Positions 5,953 to 7,142 of a DNA stretch of 7,142 nucleotides are shown here, piece by piece. Under the pieces are notes generated by a model, which saw only the letters and a program-made list of their open reading frames with translations, searched no databases and was not told the origin of the DNA. This DNA comes from Candidatus Heimdallarchaeota archaeon (GTDB taxonomy: Archaea > Asgardarchaeota > Heimdallarchaeia > Hodarchaeales > Hodarchaeaceae): contig CP070760.1 in the NCBI GenBank assembly GCA_020348965.1, positions 2,130,363-2,137,504 of the forward strand, read 5' to 3'. Position 1 is the stretch's first letter. Each line of letters starts with the position of its first letter. A program made the translations under genes and the position numbers.

Positions 5953-6065
5953 GTAAAAGATTTCCCAATAGATTTCATCGTCAAAATCTTTATCATCACA
6001 TAATTATTATCAAAATTAATAATCACTCTTGGAGTATAAATAGAAAGATCTGTAGTTCTCTAATC

Positions 6066-6073
6066 TTTAATAT
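6066..6073 (+). promoter_or_regulatory. Candidate TATA box for the SNM1-like gene, with an alternative TATAAATA at 6035-6042.
   Basis: TTTAATAT would give a TSS near 6095 and a ~25-nt leader containing the SD. TATAAATA at 6035-6042 would give a ~55-nt leader. Confidence 0.3.
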
Positions 6074-6106
6074 GTCCCGTACGTAACCTGAATGGATTTC
6101 TCACCA

Positions 6107-6114
6107 AAGGAGGA
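6107..6114 (+). promoter_or_regulatory. Shine-Dalgarno-like ribosome-binding site for the SNM1-like gene.
   Basis: AAGGAGGA, 5-6 nt upstream of ATG 6120. Confidence 0.6.
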
Positions 6115-6119
6115 ATGTA

Positions 6120-7031
6120 ATGGTATTTTCTACAATCGCTCAAAGTTACTTTGATGAATTTCCATTTCGGCGGGCCGATCACCGAAAAACGTCTACAGAC
6201 TTTTATTTCCTGTCGCATGCACACTCTGATCATACTTCAGGTCTTCGGTTAAGTTTATCTGATCCTGATGCAATCATTGTTTGTTCTAAGGAAACATCAG
6301 CAGTCATTAAAGTTCTTTTTGGAATTCCTAAGGAGAAATGCCTGATTATCAGCCCTAATCAATCCCTTGATTTTGATAAATATACTGTTCATGCATTAGA
6401 TGCCAACCACTGCTTGGGCAGTTTAATGTTTGTAATTGAATCAAAAAAAGGCCTAAAGGAAGTTTATACCGGGGATTTCAGGTTGGGCAAGCCGATTCTT
6501 GATGAGCTAAATCTAATTCAGGGAGCAAATCATATGTGGCTTGACTATACGTATGGAACCAACGATATATTCAAATTTCCCTCTCGTGAAGAAATGATTT
6601 CAGAAATGATCTCTTTAATCTTATCAGAAGACAATTATCCTTCGAGAGATATCTGGATTGCTGCTTATCAGGTTGGTAAAGAACTTCTTCTAAAAACAAT
6701 AAGTGAGGCCTTGAAAGTTAAAATTTGGGCTTCAGATGTTAAAGTAAGAATCTATAAAGAAATTGGTGGAGAATGGGATATTTTCACTAATGACACAGAT
6801 TCGGGGGTGTTCGTTGGAAGTCGTAGAATGGTGGAAAGATTACACGGTATTAATAAGGATGGCCAAACGAGAATGATAGATGCTTTACGCATCTCACCAA
6901 CAGGTTGGTCGGCACGATTACGTAAGAAACGTTTGGATGTGCATTTCTTTCCTTACTCTGATCATTGTTCGTATTCAGAGGTTCATGAATTCATCAAAAT
7001 CGTTAAGGCAAAAAATCTCACGAAAATCTAA
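6120..7031 (+). CDS. SNM1/PSO2/Artemis-like (DRMBL-type beta-CASP) metallo-beta-lactamase-fold nuclease, compact 303-aa form.
   Basis: Motif series typical of the SNM1 clade: FDEFPF...DFYFLSHAHSDHTSGL (HxHxDH), DANHCLGSLMF, YTGDFR, WLDYTYG...FPSREEMI, YQVGKELLL and C-terminal FPYSDHCSYSEVHEFI (DRMBL PYSEHSS-like). The strong SD AAGGAGGA at 6107-6114 lies 5 nt before the ATG. The protein ends about where beta-CASP motif C would be expected, so that motif is not visible. Confidence 0.82.
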   Translation: MVFSTIAQSYFDEFPFRRADHRKTSTDFYFLSHAHSDHTSGLRLSLSDPDAIIVCSKETSAVIKVLFGIPKEKCLIISPNQSLDFDKYTVHALDANHCLGSLMFVIESKKGLKEVYTGDFRLGKPILDELNLIQGANHMWLDYTYGTNDIFKFPSREEMISEMISLILSEDNYPSRDIWIAAYQVGKELLLKTISEALKVKIWASDVKVRIYKEIGGEWDIFTNDTDSGVFVGSRRMVERLHGINKDGQTRMIDALRISPTGWSARLRKKRLDVHFFPYSDHCSYSEVHEFIKIVKAKNLTKI

Positions 7032-7142
7032 TGACATAATCAACTTGGAAAAAAGCCAAAAAAAGCTAATCTAAAGTTTCTCAAATCATTAATCTAGCAT
7101 GAATGGAACCTACTTTGCGTGTAAATAATCTTCGAGATATAC

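Noticed and set aside
5990-6020. AT-only near-palindromes (ATAATTAT, ATTAAT) upstream of the SNM1-like promoter, possibly a regulator-binding site.
   Set aside because: Short palindromes of pure A/T are expected by chance in AT-rich intergenic DNA. There is no repeated, spaced copy to support an operator.
5705-6026. Two minus-strand ORFs from the track (5705..5896, 63 aa; 5796..6026, 76 aa).
   Set aside because: They run antisense through the G+C-rich 5S rRNA island and its flanks and overlap each other. They have no recognisable motifs or start context, so they are best explained as chance ORFs over an RNA gene.
6115-6120. ATG-TAA mini-ORF immediately before the SNM1-like start, sharing the final A.
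   Set aside because: A one-codon ORF has no coding meaning. It is most likely a coincidence of the SD-spacer sequence.
6880-7074. 64-aa + strand ORF overlapping the 3' end of the SNM1-like gene.
   Set aside because: It is an alternative frame of a region whose main frame carries the conserved PYSDH motif. It is K/S/I-rich and has no RBS.
7100-7142. Possible 3' end of a minus-strand gene at the window edge (for example ...VYLEDYLHAK-stop ending at 7110).
   Set aside because: Only ~10 codons are visible and all three minus frames are briefly open. This cannot be supported from the window alone.
1-7142. Search for CRISPR arrays, tRNA genes, transposase/IS ends or long direct repeats.
   Set aside because: None were seen. 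The only G+C-rich structured island is the 5S locus, and no regularly spaced repeats or terminal inverted repeats were evident on inspection by eye.

Overview
AT-rich window (roughly 35-40 % G+C by eye, not computed) that looks archaeal. It has an archaeal-type 5S rRNA sequence, an MptE/DUF115 pterin kinase, a HerA/DUF87-type ATPase, TATA/BRE-like promoter elements and an oligo-T terminator. Gene order: (1) the 3' end of a + strand gene encoding a longin/roadblock-like domain; (2) a convergent 890-aa HerA-like P-loop ATPase that carries a paralogous copy of that domain plus further C-terminal modules; (3) thioredoxin reductase (trxB) overlapping by 4 nt (TTGA) with (4) a COG0720 6-pyruvoyl-tetrahydropterin-synthase-family gene that lacks the catalytic Cys; (5) a convergent MptE-like 6-hydroxymethyl-dihydropterin diphosphokinase gene whose 3' end overlaps gene 4; (6) a G+C-rich island holding a 5S rRNA gene; (7) a compact SNM1/PSO2/Artemis-like metallo-beta-lactamase nuclease gene. 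The standout observation is the 5S gene. Its two halves are encoded in swapped order, 3' half first, and the native helix I ends are joined by a pentaloop. The new termini sit in a bulge-helix-bulge-like leader/trailer structure, and cleavage plus ligation there would rebuild the canonical CCCGGAAGUUAAG junction as a 120-nt circle. A lineage guess (Asgard/Lokiarchaeia-like, based on AT-richness, longin/roadblock-type paralogs and a eukaryote-like SNM1 nuclease) is low-confidence inference only.
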